Origin: Candidatus Latescibacterota bacterium | GTDB taxonomy: Bacteria > Latescibacterota > UBA2968 > UBA8231 | Length of the DNA stretch: 64,000 bases | Assembly (NCBI GenBank): GCA_963422735.1 | Contig: OY730476.1 | Coordinates: 2,944,001 to 3,008,000, forward strand | Direction: 5' to 3' | Notes under the pieces: model-generated | Database searches by the model: none | What the model saw: the letters and a program-made list of their open reading frames with translations, nothing else | Told to the model about the DNA's origin: nothing | Translations under genes and position numbers: made by a program | Shown: in pieces, positions 30,802-40,783 of the stretch | Numbering within the stretch: position 1 is the first letter of the stretch | How the letters are laid out: every line of letters starts with the position of its first letter

Positions 30802-33107
30802 TAGCTCAGGCCGATGCTGCGGACCAAGGTGTGAGTGGCGGAGTCGCCAGCGATCTGCAAGCGAAAGAGGTAGAGGCCGGGCCGAGCCATCGCGCCGGAG
30901 TCGCGGCGGCCGTCCCAAGTTAGCTGGTAATGGCCAGCCACGCCTGCGGCGTCTCGCAGCGTACGGACTAGCCGGCCGCGCAGGTCATAGACGCGGGCTT
31001 CAATAGGGCGGGCGTCTATGACCTTGAGCACGTCGAAAGAAATGGTGAGTGCGTCGTTGACGCCGTCGCCGTTGGGAGTAAAAATCCCCGCGCCCATGTC
31101 TAGGCGCGTGAGTAAGCTCCCGTCCACGGGCAGCGAGACCGCATCGCCTGTTCCCTCTAAATCAGGAACTGCATCGCCTCGATCGACCTGCTGACGCAGG
31201 GTGTCAAGCCCGCTTTTGCGCTCTAGAAAGGCGCGGAAGCGGGTATTGTTTTGGAATACAGTGGCAGCGAAACCCAGCTCGACGCGCTCGGCGGCTACGA
31301 TTCGCTCGGGCAAGTGCAAGCGGAGGCCCGCATTCGTCTTTTCCACCTCAGCATTGATTGCCGCACCGTCGATTCGCAGGGCGCGAAACGCGAGGGGCAC
31401 TGAGGCTTCGAGGGCGATGGCCTCAAAGCCCTGACTGTCGCGGGCGAATTCTGGGCGGAGGAAGTACGTGAAGTTGGTTTGCTCGCCCGGCTCAACGCGC
31501 GCTGGGTGGACTTCGCCGACGGCGGTGCGCGCCAAAGGACGGGAGTAGATCAAGGTCAGCGCGTCGAGAGCAATGCCAGCCTGCGGGTTGTCGGTGCGCA
31601 GCTCGGCTTCGAGTTGGACGTAGCGCCGGGGCGAAGGAGAGCGGAAGCGGGTGCCCGTATGGATGTATTCTTCGCTCCACACGCTCCAGCCATCGCCGGG
31701 TTGGAGCGTGGTTTCAATGGGGCCGCGGAACGAGGCGATCAGCTTTTCGTAGCGTCTTTTGGTAATCTCTTTGCCGTTTTTGTCGAAGTAGTGCATTTCC
31801 TCAACTACATGGTCGCCGGTGCGGCTGCGCAAGGCGAACTGGGCCCCGAGCGGCGCGTCAATTTCCCACTCAATCGCCGTGATGTTCCAATTGGTGCCAA
31901 GGTCGATAACGGGCGAGCGCAGGACGGCGTGGGCTGGGTACCCCTCGCCGTAAACTTGGAACTCGCTGACTAGGCCCAGCCCGTCCAAGCGACCGGTGTT
32001 GTCGAGATCGCTGCCCGACAGGCCGCCGCCGATGATGTAGCCGCCTCGGCTAGTGGGGTAGATCAAACGCAGGTAGCGGGCGGCGACTAGGGGGACATCG
32101 TGGCGAAAATTGCGCACATCGAAGAGATTGCGGGGGTTGAGGGGAATGGAGGCCAACGCCCGATAGGCCAGCGAGCCGTCGGGCGCCAGCGAACCATCGG
32201 AGTACTGCATCTGATAGGAGAGGAAATTGGCGTAGGACTGCCGCAGCCGCGGCGGAATGCCCAGCGGCTCGCCCAAGAGCCAAACCGAGTCGATCCAATA
32301 AGTCGCCCCTAGATCGATGCGGTAGTCGCCGAAGGTCTCGCTGCCGCCGCTGGAGCCTTTGGCGAGGGGGTTGACGCGCCACATGGTCGAGAGATCGCCG
32401 TCGAACATAACGGAAGGAATGCCGGCCACAGCGACGATGGCGGCCTCGACATCGATGGTGCCGCCTTTGGCAATCAGATCAAAGGCGATATTGTCGCCGA
32501 AGGCCCTGATTTGGATTTCGGCGAGTGCAGGAGCACCGGTCATTTCGCGGGTGGCCTCGATGCGGAGAACTTGAACGAGCTCGTCGTCGAGGTCGATCGT
32601 CACGTCGAGCATCTCGTTGAAGGCAAAGCGCCTGCTGTGGCTGTAGACTAGGGTGCCTTCGACGACGACGTTGGCGCTGTTGATAAAGCGCTCGCCCTTG
32701 GAGAGCGAGAGATTAAAAAAGGGCAGGGGCGGCGCGCTGTCGGCAAAGCGCAGGCGAATCTGTTGGATGGGGAACACCTGACCCAAGTCGATCTCGAGCC
32801 ACCAATCCTTTAGAGCCGTTCCTGACGGTGGACTCCAGCTAGAGGCGGGGTCGCCGTCAAATGCGCGGGCAGCAGTAGATTGTGCTGCTCCGGCCCCGCG
32901 GACAGTAGCCTCAGAGAGCGGGTCAATGTCTTTGCCGATCTGCACCGGCCGCAACGAGCCTGCTTCGTCTAGGCGCAGGACGCCGGGGGGATACACCCAG
33001 TTTTCCCATATGTCCGCCGAAGTCATAACTAGACGCTCGGCACGAGTGGAGCTGCTGAATGGCACGAGCAGGCACAATGCTAAGGGCAAGAGGCGGAATG
33101 GCGACAC
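30798..33107 (-). CDS. Secreted protein with discoidin-like domains and C-terminal FlgD Ig-like domain
   Basis: Signal peptide; AFDGDP.SSW..WLEIDLG; FTPNGDGVND..VYDLRGRLVRTL..WDGR..PGLYL. Confidence 0.85.
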   Translation of the reverse strand: MSPFRLLPLALCLLVPFSSSTRAERLVMTSADIWENWVYPPGVLRLDEAGSLRPVQIGKDIDPLSEATVRGAGAAQSTAARAFDGDPASSWSPPSGTALKDWWLEIDLGQVFPIQQIRLRFADSAPPLPFFNLSLSKGERFINSANVVVEGTLVYSHSRRFAFNEMLDVTIDLDDELVQVLRIEATREMTGAPALAEIQIRAFGDNIAFDLIAKGGTIDVEAAIVAVAGIPSVMFDGDLSTMWRVNPLAKGSSGGSETFGDYRIDLGATYWIDSVWLLGEPLGIPPRLRQSYANFLSYQMQYSDGSLAPDGSLAYRALASIPLNPRNLFDVRNFRHDVPLVAARYLRLIYPTSRGGYIIGGGLSGSDLDNTGRLDGLGLVSEFQVYGEGYPAHAVLRSPVIDLGTNWNITAIEWEIDAPLGAQFALRSRTGDHVVEEMHYFDKNGKEITKRRYEKLIASFRGPIETTLQPGDGWSVWSEEYIHTGTRFRSPSPRRYVQLEAELRTDNPQAGIALDALTLIYSRPLARTAVGEVHPARVEPGEQTNFTYFLRPEFARDSQGFEAIALEASVPLAFRALRIDGAAINAEVEKTNAGLRLHLPERIVAAERVELGFAATVFQNNTRFRAFLERKSGLDTLRQQVDRGDAVPDLEGTGDAVSLPVDGSLLTRLDMGAGIFTPNGDGVNDALTISFDVLKVIDARPIEARVYDLRGRLVRTLRDAAGVAGHYQLTWDGRRDSGAMARPGLYLFRLQIAGDSATHTLVRSIGLSY

Positions 33108-33215
33108 GGGCGATATGTTGTTTTTTTAAGGGAAAAGCGCGGCTTAAGCCTCAGATACAAAATATATTGAATCTAGGGTTGACTCATCCTACAAGCGAAA
33201 ACGGACCGGCACGAG

Positions 33216-33965
33216 ATGCTCAAGCGCAACAACATTACCTTAATCGTCGTTCCGGAAAAGGGTCGCAAAACCTTTGAGTTTAAGATCTCCGGCGCACTCG
33301 TTTGGTTGCTGGGGTTGTGCTGCGTCGCCTTGCCCGTATTCCTGTCCGTGGGGCTTAGCTCCTATCTCGACAGGCGTGGGCTAGCGCAGAAGGCAGCACG
33401 GCTCGAGCAGGACAACGCCCTGCTCGAGGAGCAAGTAGCCCAGATAGATCGGCTCGAAGAAATGCTGGTCCGGCTCAAGCGCGGCAACGACCGATTGCGC
33501 GCCATCTTAGGCAAGCCCGAGGCATTAGACAAGGAGGCGAAGCGAAGCGAAGATTCCCCTTATATCTCGTCCATGCAGCGGCTGCGTTGGGGGCACGTGG
33601 AGACCGTCCCCACCTTGTGGCCGTTGCGCGGGCCAGTGCTTAGGCCCTTTAGCGAGGAGTACCCCTCGGTTGTTATTGCTGCCGCCGCGGGCAGTTTGGT
33701 AAGGGCCAGTGCCGCGGGCCAAGTGAGACAAGCGAGCTACGACGAGAATCTCGGTTACGTAGTAATTCTCGACCACGGCAATGGTCTGCTGACCCAATAC
33801 GGGTATAACGCTCGCCTGCTCGTTGATGTGGGGGACTACGTGCTCAAGGGGCAGTCCATCGCGCTCTTGGACGAGGGACGTGTCGCTCGGAGGCCGGGAT
33901 TGCACTACGCCGTTCAAGAGGATGGGCAGTTCCGCGACCCCTTGCTCTACAGGCTGTGGATGTGA
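33216..33965 (+). CDS. M23 peptidase-like protein (degenerate Zn site)
   Basis: TM + coiled coil + PTLWP..VRASAAG..VILDHGNGLLTQYG..LHYAV..DP. Confidence 0.85.
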   Translation: MLKRNNITLIVVPEKGRKTFEFKISGALVWLLGLCCVALPVFLSVGLSSYLDRRGLAQKAARLEQDNALLEEQVAQIDRLEEMLVRLKRGNDRLRAILGKPEALDKEAKRSEDSPYISSMQRLRWGHVETVPTLWPLRGPVLRPFSEEYPSVVIAAAAGSLVRASAAGQVRQASYDENLGYVVILDHGNGLLTQYGYNARLLVDVGDYVLKGQSIALLDEGRVARRPGLHYAVQEDGQFRDPLLYRLWM

Positions 33966-33980
33966 AAAAGGAAGAACGAA

Positions 33981-34015
33981 AAAAGGCTCGCTGCCAAAGA
34001 AGCAGCGAGCCTTTT
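33981..34015. terminator. Bidirectional rho-independent terminator
   Basis: AAAAGGCTCGCTGC-7nt-GCAGCGAGCCTTTT between convergent genes. Confidence 0.88.
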
Positions 34016-34033
34016 CTATTTGCGACAGAAGGG

Positions 34034-35674
34034 CTACATGCCCATCCCGCCGCCGTACATGTCGCCGCCAGGAGGGCCGGCCGGGGCCGGAGCGGACTTT
34101 TCGGGCAGCTCGGCAATCAGTGCTTCGGTCGTCAGCAAGAGCGAAGCGATGCTGGTGCCGTTCTCAAGCGCAGTGCGCGAGACCTTGGCCGGATCAACGA
34201 CGCCTGCTTCGCGCAGATCTTCGTATTCCTCGGTGCGGGCGTTGAAGCCAAAAGCCGCCTCGCCATCGGCGACCTTGCGGACGATGATGGCTCCTTCGGC
34301 ACCGGCATTGGAGGCGATCATCCGCAGTGGCTCTTCGAGGGCGCGGAGAATGATGTTGACGCCCACGGCCTCGTCGCCTTCGGCTTCGATTTGGTCAAGT
34401 GCTGCTTGGGCCCGCAGAAAGACAACGCCCCCACCAGCGACAACGCCTTCTTCGACGGCGGCACGGGTTGCGTGCAGCGCGTCTTCGACGCGGGCTTTCT
34501 TTTCCTTCATTTCGGTCTCGGTCGGAGCGCCGACATTGATCACGGCGACGCCGCCAGCGAGTTTGGCCAGCCGCTCCTGCAACTTCTCGCTGTCGTAGTC
34601 CGAGGTCGTTTCCTCGATCTGGCGGCGGATTTGGGCGACGCGGCCTTGGATGTCCGCAGCCTGACCCGCGCCTTCGACAATCGTAGTGTTGTCCTTGTCG
34701 AGGACGACGCGCTTGGCTTGGCCCAAGTCGTCGAGGGTGACGCCTTCGAGCTTAAGTCCTGCTTCTTCGGAGATGACCCGGCCGCCGGTGAGGACGGCAA
34801 TGTCTTCGAGCATGGCCGTGCGGCGGTCACCGAAGCCTGGGGCCTTGACGGCGGCAACCTTGATGGTGCCGCGAATTTTGTTGACGACCAGCGTCGCTAG
34901 GGCTTCGCCCTCGACATCCTCGGCGATAATCAGCAAGGGCTTGCTGAGCTGGGCGGTCTTTTCGAGGACCGGGACCAAATCGCGCATTGAGGAGACTTTC
35001 TTGTCATGAATTAGGATATAGCTGTCTTCGAGCTCGGCGGTCATCCCCTCTTGGTCGGTGACGAAGTAGGGAGAAAGGTACCCGCGGTCGAACTGCATGC
35101 CCTCGACCACATCGAGATTGGTGTCGGTACCTTTGGCCTCTTCTACAGTGATGACGCCGTCCTTGCCGACCTTTTCCATGGCGTCGGCGATCAGCTCGCC
35201 GATGGCCGAGTCGTTGTTGGCCGAGATGGTGCCGACTTGGGCGATTTCCTCGCGCGACTTGACTTCCTCGCTGGACTTGCGAATCTCGTCCACGACGATT
35301 GCGACGGCTTTGTCGATGCCGCGCTTGATGTCCATGGGGTTGGCACCGGCGGTTACGTTTTTGAGGCCCTCGCGGAAGATGATCTGGGCAAAGACCGTGG
35401 CGGTAGTGGTGCCGTCGCCGGCAACATCGCTGGTCTTGGAAGCGACTTCCTTGACCATCTGCGCGCCCATGTTTTCATAGGCGTCTTTGAGCTCGATTTC
35501 CTTAGCTACGGTGACGCCGTCTTTAGTGACGGTCGGCGACCCAAACTTCTTGTCCAGCAAGACATTTCGGCCCCTCGGCCCCAGTGTTACCTTGACGGCA
35601 TCGGCCAACTGATCGACGCCTCGTTGGAGCGCGTCGCGCGCCGCCATATCAAATTCTAGCTGCTTGGCAGCCAT
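34034..35674 (-). CDS. groEL: Chaperonin GroEL
   Basis: [38 protein letters not shown] tail. Confidence 0.99.
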   Translation of the reverse strand: MAAKQLEFDMAARDALQRGVDQLADAVKVTLGPRGRNVLLDKKFGSPTVTKDGVTVAKEIELKDAYENMGAQMVKEVASKTSDVAGDGTTTATVFAQIIFREGLKNVTAGANPMDIKRGIDKAVAIVVDEIRKSSEEVKSREEIAQVGTISANNDSAIGELIADAMEKVGKDGVITVEEAKGTDTNLDVVEGMQFDRGYLSPYFVTDQEGMTAELEDSYILIHDKKVSSMRDLVPVLEKTAQLSKPLLIIAEDVEGEALATLVVNKIRGTIKVAAVKAPGFGDRRTAMLEDIAVLTGGRVISEEAGLKLEGVTLDDLGQAKRVVLDKDNTTIVEGAGQAADIQGRVAQIRRQIEETTSDYDSEKLQERLAKLAGGVAVINVGAPTETEMKEKKARVEDALHATRAAVEEGVVAGGGVVFLRAQAALDQIEAEGDEAVGVNIILRALEEPLRMIASNAGAEGAIIVRKVADGEAAFGFNARTEEYEDLREAGVVDPAKVSRTALENGTSIASLLLTTEALIAELPEKSAPAPAGPPGGDMYGGGMGM

Positions 35675-35732
35675 AATATATACCTCCTGATGTTGGGGGT
35701 GAATGGATAAAAAAGTTTATTTTCACAAAAGT

Positions 35733-35759
35733 TTGGCACTCAAAAAAATAGAGTGCCAA
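35733..35759. promoter_or_regulatory. CIRCE operator (HrcA binding site)
   Basis: TTGGCACTC-N9-GAGTGCCAA about 60 bp upstream of groEL. Confidence 0.92.
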
Positions 35760-35984
35760 AAAACGAAACTGAATTGTTGAATATAGAAATTGTACCGTTT
35801 TTGTGCAAGAACAACCTCTGCTTGGCTCGCGCATGAATGAAACGTGCGTTTGTCAGAACGCACGGGTGAGGTTTGGCAGGGTGGGGGTGGCCTATTGAGA
35901 GCGGAAGTAATCCGTATCGTCGTCCGATAGATGCCCGGTAGCCGAAACGGGTGTCGCCATGGTCATTGAGGAACTACGACTACC

Positions 35985-36330
35985 TCGCTAGCTAAAGAGC
36001 AATTGCTCTGGATATCGCCTTCGCCGCTGACGGGCTGTACACAGGCACCGTAGTAGTAGGTCCCCGAACTCGACGGTGCTGTCAGCCGGATCAATTTGAA
36101 AGTAGTGCTTGGGGGCCAATCCGCCCACCGTGCCCACCTCGGTGTCGTCGTTGATGGTCGTCGAGTCGGTAGAGAGATAGTAGCGCACCGTCGTCGGTGG
36201 TGCCGGTGCGTTACCCCGGTTGTGGTTCGCGACCGACAAGGTGAAGGATTGACCTAGGGCCGGGTTGGGCGGGTTCACCGAAGGCGACGCGACTACTAGC
36301 TCTGGGGCGTCTGGGACGACGATGTCTAAG
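35985..36330 (-). pseudogene. CARDB-domain fragment
   Basis: PELVVASPSV..GQSFTLSV..NRGN..TTVRYYLSTDST..DTEVG, then frameshifted YYYGACV. Confidence 0.7.
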
Positions 36331-36522
36331 GCCAAGCCTACCGGTCCGGTCCGCTCAATCCGGTAACGAGGCCCTACGGCTGCCGGTTGCCTGGAGGCCA
36401 GCCAGCCCTCAACCAAGTTCACAACTTGTCGGCTCCATGCGCTCATAGTCTCTAGCTTCTTGTTGTCCACATCCAAAGGAGTACAGCAGGAGTAGTGCAG
36501 ATGGTGTATGGTGTATTGAATA

Positions 36523-36915
36523 CTAATCGAGCAAGCTCTGAAGCTCGGATGGCAAGCCTTGGCGCAATGAGTCGGGAAAGCTGTCGCGGTACTTGTTCGG
36601 CGCACTAGTTCTATTAGGCGAGCCGCTGAGGGGTGATAAAATGAGGTGAAATATACGGCGGGGCCGATCCGTTCGGTTGGGAGAACTGGCGTGATAACAC
36701 AGGGGATTGAAGACGATCAGATCGCCATCGTTGGCGCAAATTTCGCGGCCGTCGTCGTCATTTGCTTCGGGTACTAAGGCGGTGTGATTCTGGATAGGGG
36801 CCCGTCCTCTTTTTCGCTCTGCTTTATCGCTGGCTTCGCGAGACAACTTGTGCGAGCCAGGCACGATCATAAACGCGGCTCCTCCGGCAGAAACCGTACT
36901 ACAGTAATGCAGCAT
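36523..36915 (-). pseudogene. PhyH-family C-terminal fragment
   Basis: GGAAFMIVPGSHK..DGDLIVFNPLCYHASSPN; no N-terminal half, frame break near 36650. Confidence 0.7.
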
Positions 36916-37285
36916 CTGGCAATAGACCTGTCGCGGCCTAGCTTCAAACTCTTCATAGAGGTCAATGTTATGACTTCGTTGAAGCTACCCTCAAATTCAT
37001 CAATGGCGTCGGCCTTTTTGGGATCTCTCGCGGAAGGAAGGTGGGGTAAAATCACGATACACCGACAGTCGTCGAACGAGGACGTAATACAAAGCTATAC
37101 AGCTTGGATATCGAGCGAGATGTTGGCCGACAGCAGGCACTTAAGGGGTGTAACGGTAATGGCGATGCTCTCCGCGTTCTCAATGCCTCAAGTCGGGATT
37201 TTCTGGATCTGTGATGACTATGAGGTCCTTGAATAGGTCCGTACCCTATGTGGATCAGAGCTATCCCGACCCTATTGCGCCACCC

Positions 37286-37963
37286 ATGAATGAAACGCGG
37301 GTTTGCCGAACTGGGCGGATTGATTTCGCTCGGGCTTGGGCCTGGCAAGAGTCGCTGCGCCAATTGCGGCGAGCCGAGCGAATTCCGGACACGCTAATGT
37401 TGGTTGAACACCCGCCGACCTATACCGGCGGACGGGCGACGCTGCCCGAGCATCTCCTAACCAAAGAGCTAGATGTGGTCGCAATCGATCGCGGGGGCAG
37501 CGTGACGTTTCACGGGCCGGGCCAGATCGTGGCCTATCCGATTGTCGATCTGCGCCAGCGCGGTCGGGATGTACATCAGTACTTGCGCGATTTGGAGGCC
37601 GTGCTGATCCGCACGTTGGGCGCCTATGGCTTGGAGGGAGAGGCTCGGCGCGGCTTGACGGGCGCTTGGGTCGGCTCGTCCAAGGTGGCGTCAATAGGCG
37701 TCAACGTGCGACACTGGATCACGGCGCACGGTCTGGCCCTAAATGTGGCTACTGACTTGCGCTATTTTGCGGCGATCAAGCCCTGTGGCTTGGGTAGCGA
37801 GGAGATGACTACGATGACCGCGCTCTTGGGGCGCGCGTTGGATCGGAGCGAAGTCGAGTCTGAACTCCTACGCGCCTATGCCGATGTATTCGCCTGCGAG
37901 TTAGTTGAGGTCGAGCGCAGTGCCTTGGCGGCTTGCATTGGCCGCCTCGAGCGAAATCCTTAG
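37286..37963 (+). CDS. lipB: Lipoyl(octanoyl) transferase
   Basis: LVEHPPTYT, DRGGSVTFHGPGQIVAYP, KVASIG..HGLALNV..IKPCGL. Confidence 0.96.
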   Translation: MNETRVCRTGRIDFARAWAWQESLRQLRRAERIPDTLMLVEHPPTYTGGRATLPEHLLTKELDVVAIDRGGSVTFHGPGQIVAYPIVDLRQRGRDVHQYLRDLEAVLIRTLGAYGLEGEARRGLTGAWVGSSKVASIGVNVRHWITAHGLALNVATDLRYFAAIKPCGLGSEEMTTMTALLGRALDRSEVESELLRAYADVFACELVEVERSALAACIGRLERNP

Positions 37964-38109
37964 ATTCAAAAGCCGCAACAGGCAGGCCCCGAGCGCAGCC
38001 ACAGCGGTCGAACTGGGCCGATTATTCCTACGGCCTGTCGCGCTTGCTTCCCCCGTTGGCACCGCCTCAAGTCGGCGTATAGGTGCTCGCGCTCGGGGCG
38101 CACCCGGAA

Positions 38110-38146
38110 TTTGTCACGCCTAAAGGCGCGGTGAAGCAGACCGCTT
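38110..38146 (+). repeat. Dispersed hairpin repeat, copy 3 (in icd leader)
   Basis: TTTGTCACGCCTAAAGGCGCGGTGAAGCAGACCGCTT. Confidence 0.8.
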
Positions 38147-38182
38147 CTGAAAACAAACAGAAGACACGAGGAGTTTTATCCT

Positions 38183-39436
38183 ATGGCCGATTGGCAGCCC
38201 AAGGTCCCCGCAAACGGCGAGAAAATCGCCTTAGTGAATGGTGCGCTCTGCGTTCCCGACCAGCCCATCATCCCCTTTATCGAAGGCGACGGCACTGGGC
38301 CGGATATCTGGGCGGCGGCCGTGCGCGTTTTCGACGCAGCCGTCGAGAAGGCTTATGGCGGTCAGCGTAAGATCGCTTGGATGGAGGTTTTGGCCGGCGA
38401 GAAGGCCTTCGAGCAGACTGCTAGCTGGCTGCCCGACGCCACGGTGGAAACCTTCAGTTCCTATCTGGTCGGCATCAAGGGGCCGTTGACGACGCCGGTC
38501 GGCGGCGGGATCCGCAGCCTCAACGTGGCTTTGCGCCAGATACTCGACCTCTATGTGTGTCTGCGCCCCGTGCGCTACTTTAGCGGTGTACCCTCGCCGG
38601 TGCGGCAACCCGAGCTGGTGGATATGGTCATCTTCCGCGAGAACACCGAGGATATCTACGCCGGGATCGAATTCGAGCAAGGCACGGACGACAACGAGCA
38701 CTTTAAGGCTCTGCTTGCAGAGCACTTTGCCGACCGCTACGGCAAAATCCGTTTTCCGGATACCGCTGGCTTGGGCGTCAAGCCGATCTCACAAGAGGGC
38801 ACTGAGCGGCTGGTCCGCGCTGCCATCGACTACGCCGCGGCCCAAGGCCGCGATAGCGTGACCTTGGTACACAAAGGCAACATCATGAAATTCACCGAAG
38901 GAGCTTTCCGCGACTGGGGCTACGAGGTGGCGCAAAAGGCTTATGGCGGTGAAGAAATCGACGGTGGCCCTTGGACTAGCATCGTCGTTGACGATATCCA
39001 GATCACCGTCAAGGACGCGATCGCCGACGCCTTTTTGCAGCAGATCCTCACGCGCCCGGCCGAGTACTCGGTCATCGCCACGATGAATCTCAACGGCGAT
39101 TACATCAGCGACGCGCTGGCCGCTTGCGTCGGCGGCATCGGCATCGCTCCAGGCGGCAATATCAACTACACCACTGGCCATGCCATTTTTGAGGCCACCC
39201 ACGGCACCGCTCCCAAATACGCCGGCCAAGACAAGGTCAACCCCGGTTCGGTGATCCTGTCGGGAGACATGATGCTCCGCCACTTGGGCTGGAACGAGGC
39301 GGCCGACCTGATCCTCAAGGGGCTAGAGCAGACGATTGCGATCCGGGTCGTCACCTACGATTTTGCGCGGCTAATGGACGAGCCGACCGAGGTCAAATGC
39401 TCGGAGTTCGGCACAGCAATTATCGAGAACATGTAG
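38183..39436 (+). CDS. icd: NADP-dependent isocitrate dehydrogenase
   Basis: [61 protein letters not shown]. Confidence 0.98.
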   Translation: MADWQPKVPANGEKIALVNGALCVPDQPIIPFIEGDGTGPDIWAAAVRVFDAAVEKAYGGQRKIAWMEVLAGEKAFEQTASWLPDATVETFSSYLVGIKGPLTTPVGGGIRSLNVALRQILDLYVCLRPVRYFSGVPSPVRQPELVDMVIFRENTEDIYAGIEFEQGTDDNEHFKALLAEHFADRYGKIRFPDTAGLGVKPISQEGTERLVRAAIDYAAAQGRDSVTLVHKGNIMKFTEGAFRDWGYEVAQKAYGGEEIDGGPWTSIVVDDIQITVKDAIADAFLQQILTRPAEYSVIATMNLNGDYISDALAACVGGIGIAPGGNINYTTGHAIFEATHGTAPKYAGQDKVNPGSVILSGDMMLRHLGWNEAADLILKGLEQTIAIRVVTYDFARLMDEPTEVKCSEFGTAIIENM

Positions 39437-39915
39437 TGGCCGACGAGCTGACTCACCTCGACGAGAGGGGCCACCTCAAGATGGTCGATATAGGCGGCAA
39501 GGAGCCGACGGCGCGGCTGGCGCGGGTGCGTGGCGAGATCCGCATGGACCGCGCGACGGCGCAGCTAATCGCTGAGAATAAAGTCGCCAAGGGCAATGTC
39601 CTAGAAGCGGCGCGACTGGCCGGGATCATGGCCGCCAAGCGCACGGGAGAGCTAATCCCTTTGTGCCATCCGCTCAACCTCACTGCGGTCAGCGTGGATT
39701 TGCACATCGGCGAGGATCGAGTCGAAGTCGAGGCGGAGGCTGGGATTGACGATCGCACTGGCGTGGAGATGGAGGCGCTGGTGGCAGCGAGCACGGCCCT
39801 TCTGACCATTTACGACATGTGCAAGGGCGTTGATCGAGAGATGGTGATTTCCGAGTTGCGGCTAATAGAGAAGCGGGGCGGGAGGAGCGGAAAGTGGGTG
39901 CGGAAAGATGGGTAG
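39436..39915 (+). CDS. moaC: Cyclic pyranopterin monophosphate synthase
   Basis: LTHLD..MVDIGGK, LIPLCHP, TGVEMEAL, IYDMCK, KRGGRSG; GTG overlaps the icd stop. Confidence 0.97.
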   Translation: MADELTHLDERGHLKMVDIGGKEPTARLARVRGEIRMDRATAQLIAENKVAKGNVLEAARLAGIMAAKRTGELIPLCHPLNLTAVSVDLHIGEDRVEVEAEAGIDDRTGVEMEALVAASTALLTIYDMCKGVDREMVISELRLIEKRGGRSGKWVRKDG

Positions 39916-40042
39916 GTTGAGCGGAAGTCGCGGAGAAATTTACTTGGCTTATACCTTTCTGCATCAGGCCACCCAGCTAAAAATCCAACCGAACTTTTAG
40001 GCAGCGCAACGTCGCCGCACAGGTGCGTTTGACAGCGCCGTC

Positions 40043-40318
40043 TTAAGCCACGTGGACCGGAAAGATCTCCTCTTCGGCACTCCGGCCCGCCACGATCTTG
40101 ACCCGGCACAGGTAGATCCGTCGCGGCCATCCCAAGAGAAATTCCACTGACCGGCCTGCCCTAAGTCGCTTCCAGCGCGCCCTCGCAACGCCCCCGCCAA
40201 ATCGTAGAAGGCGATGTCTCAGCTGCTGCTCTGCCAATACCCGCAAAAGCACGAAACTGCCTTGGAGCAGGTCGTTGATCCCGTCGCCGTTCGGAGTAAA
40301 AACGCGGGTTACCTGCAC
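40043..40318 (-). pseudogene. FlgD Ig-like C-terminal fragment
   Basis: VFTPNGDGIND, FSWDGRD and YLCRV pieces in different frames. Confidence 0.7.
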
Positions 40319-40478
40319 ATCGTTTATCGGAATTTCCTAGTGTACGGTTGGGAATTCAGATTTCATTTATGCGGTTTCACTCGGCCTGCCCGTAGACCTC
40401 GTCCGGGCTAACGCGGTCCCCCGCGTCGATGTTCCGTGGCCAGTCGCCGGGTACCCGCCTCCAAGGGGGCGGACGGGA

Positions 40479-40582
40479 CTAACCCCTAACCCCCCCTAAC
40501 CCCTAACCACTGACCACTGACCACTGACCACTGACCACTGACCACTGACCACTGACCACTGACCACTGACCACTGACCACTG
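40479..40582 (+). repeat. Heptamer tandem repeat (ACCACTG)x11 preceded by CCCCTAA-type variants
   Basis: Perfect array at 40506-40582. Confidence 0.95.
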
Positions 40583-40687
40583 ATTAAACAGTCCTTATTC
40601 TAGGAAAGTCCGTCGTTTATTAATCGGCGGCCGACCCAAGTAGTACTCTTTTTTCTGCACGAGGTCGGCCACCTCTAGGGCACCGGA

Positions 40688-40714
40688 TTGTCGCCCCTAA
40701 AGGCGCGGTGAAGC
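40688..40714 (+). repeat. Dispersed hairpin repeat, copy 4
   Basis: TTGTCGCCCCTAAAGGCGCGGTGAAGC. Confidence 0.72.
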
Positions 40715-40783
40715 CCCGGCCCCACCGCACTGACCACGTACTCGACGCCCAGTTGGCGCATTAGCTGCAAGTGTTCTTCGCCG

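Noticed and set aside
33956-35659. Long + strand ORFs (314 aa, 202 aa) over groEL
   Set aside because: Antisense shadows of a highly codon-biased gene.
35988-36605. 205-aa ORF as an intact gene
   Set aside because: Only the CARDB portion is protein-like; the N-terminus overlaps the PhyH fragment in another frame.
40385-40478. Known riboswitch or ribozyme (c-di-AMP, c-di-GMP, glmS, SRP)
   Set aside because: Conserved core motifs not recognisable by eye; kept only as an unassigned structure.
40479-40506. Telomere-like CCCCTAA repeats as eukaryotic contamination
   Set aside because: Only a few units, grading into the ACCACTG array and flanked by bacterial genes.
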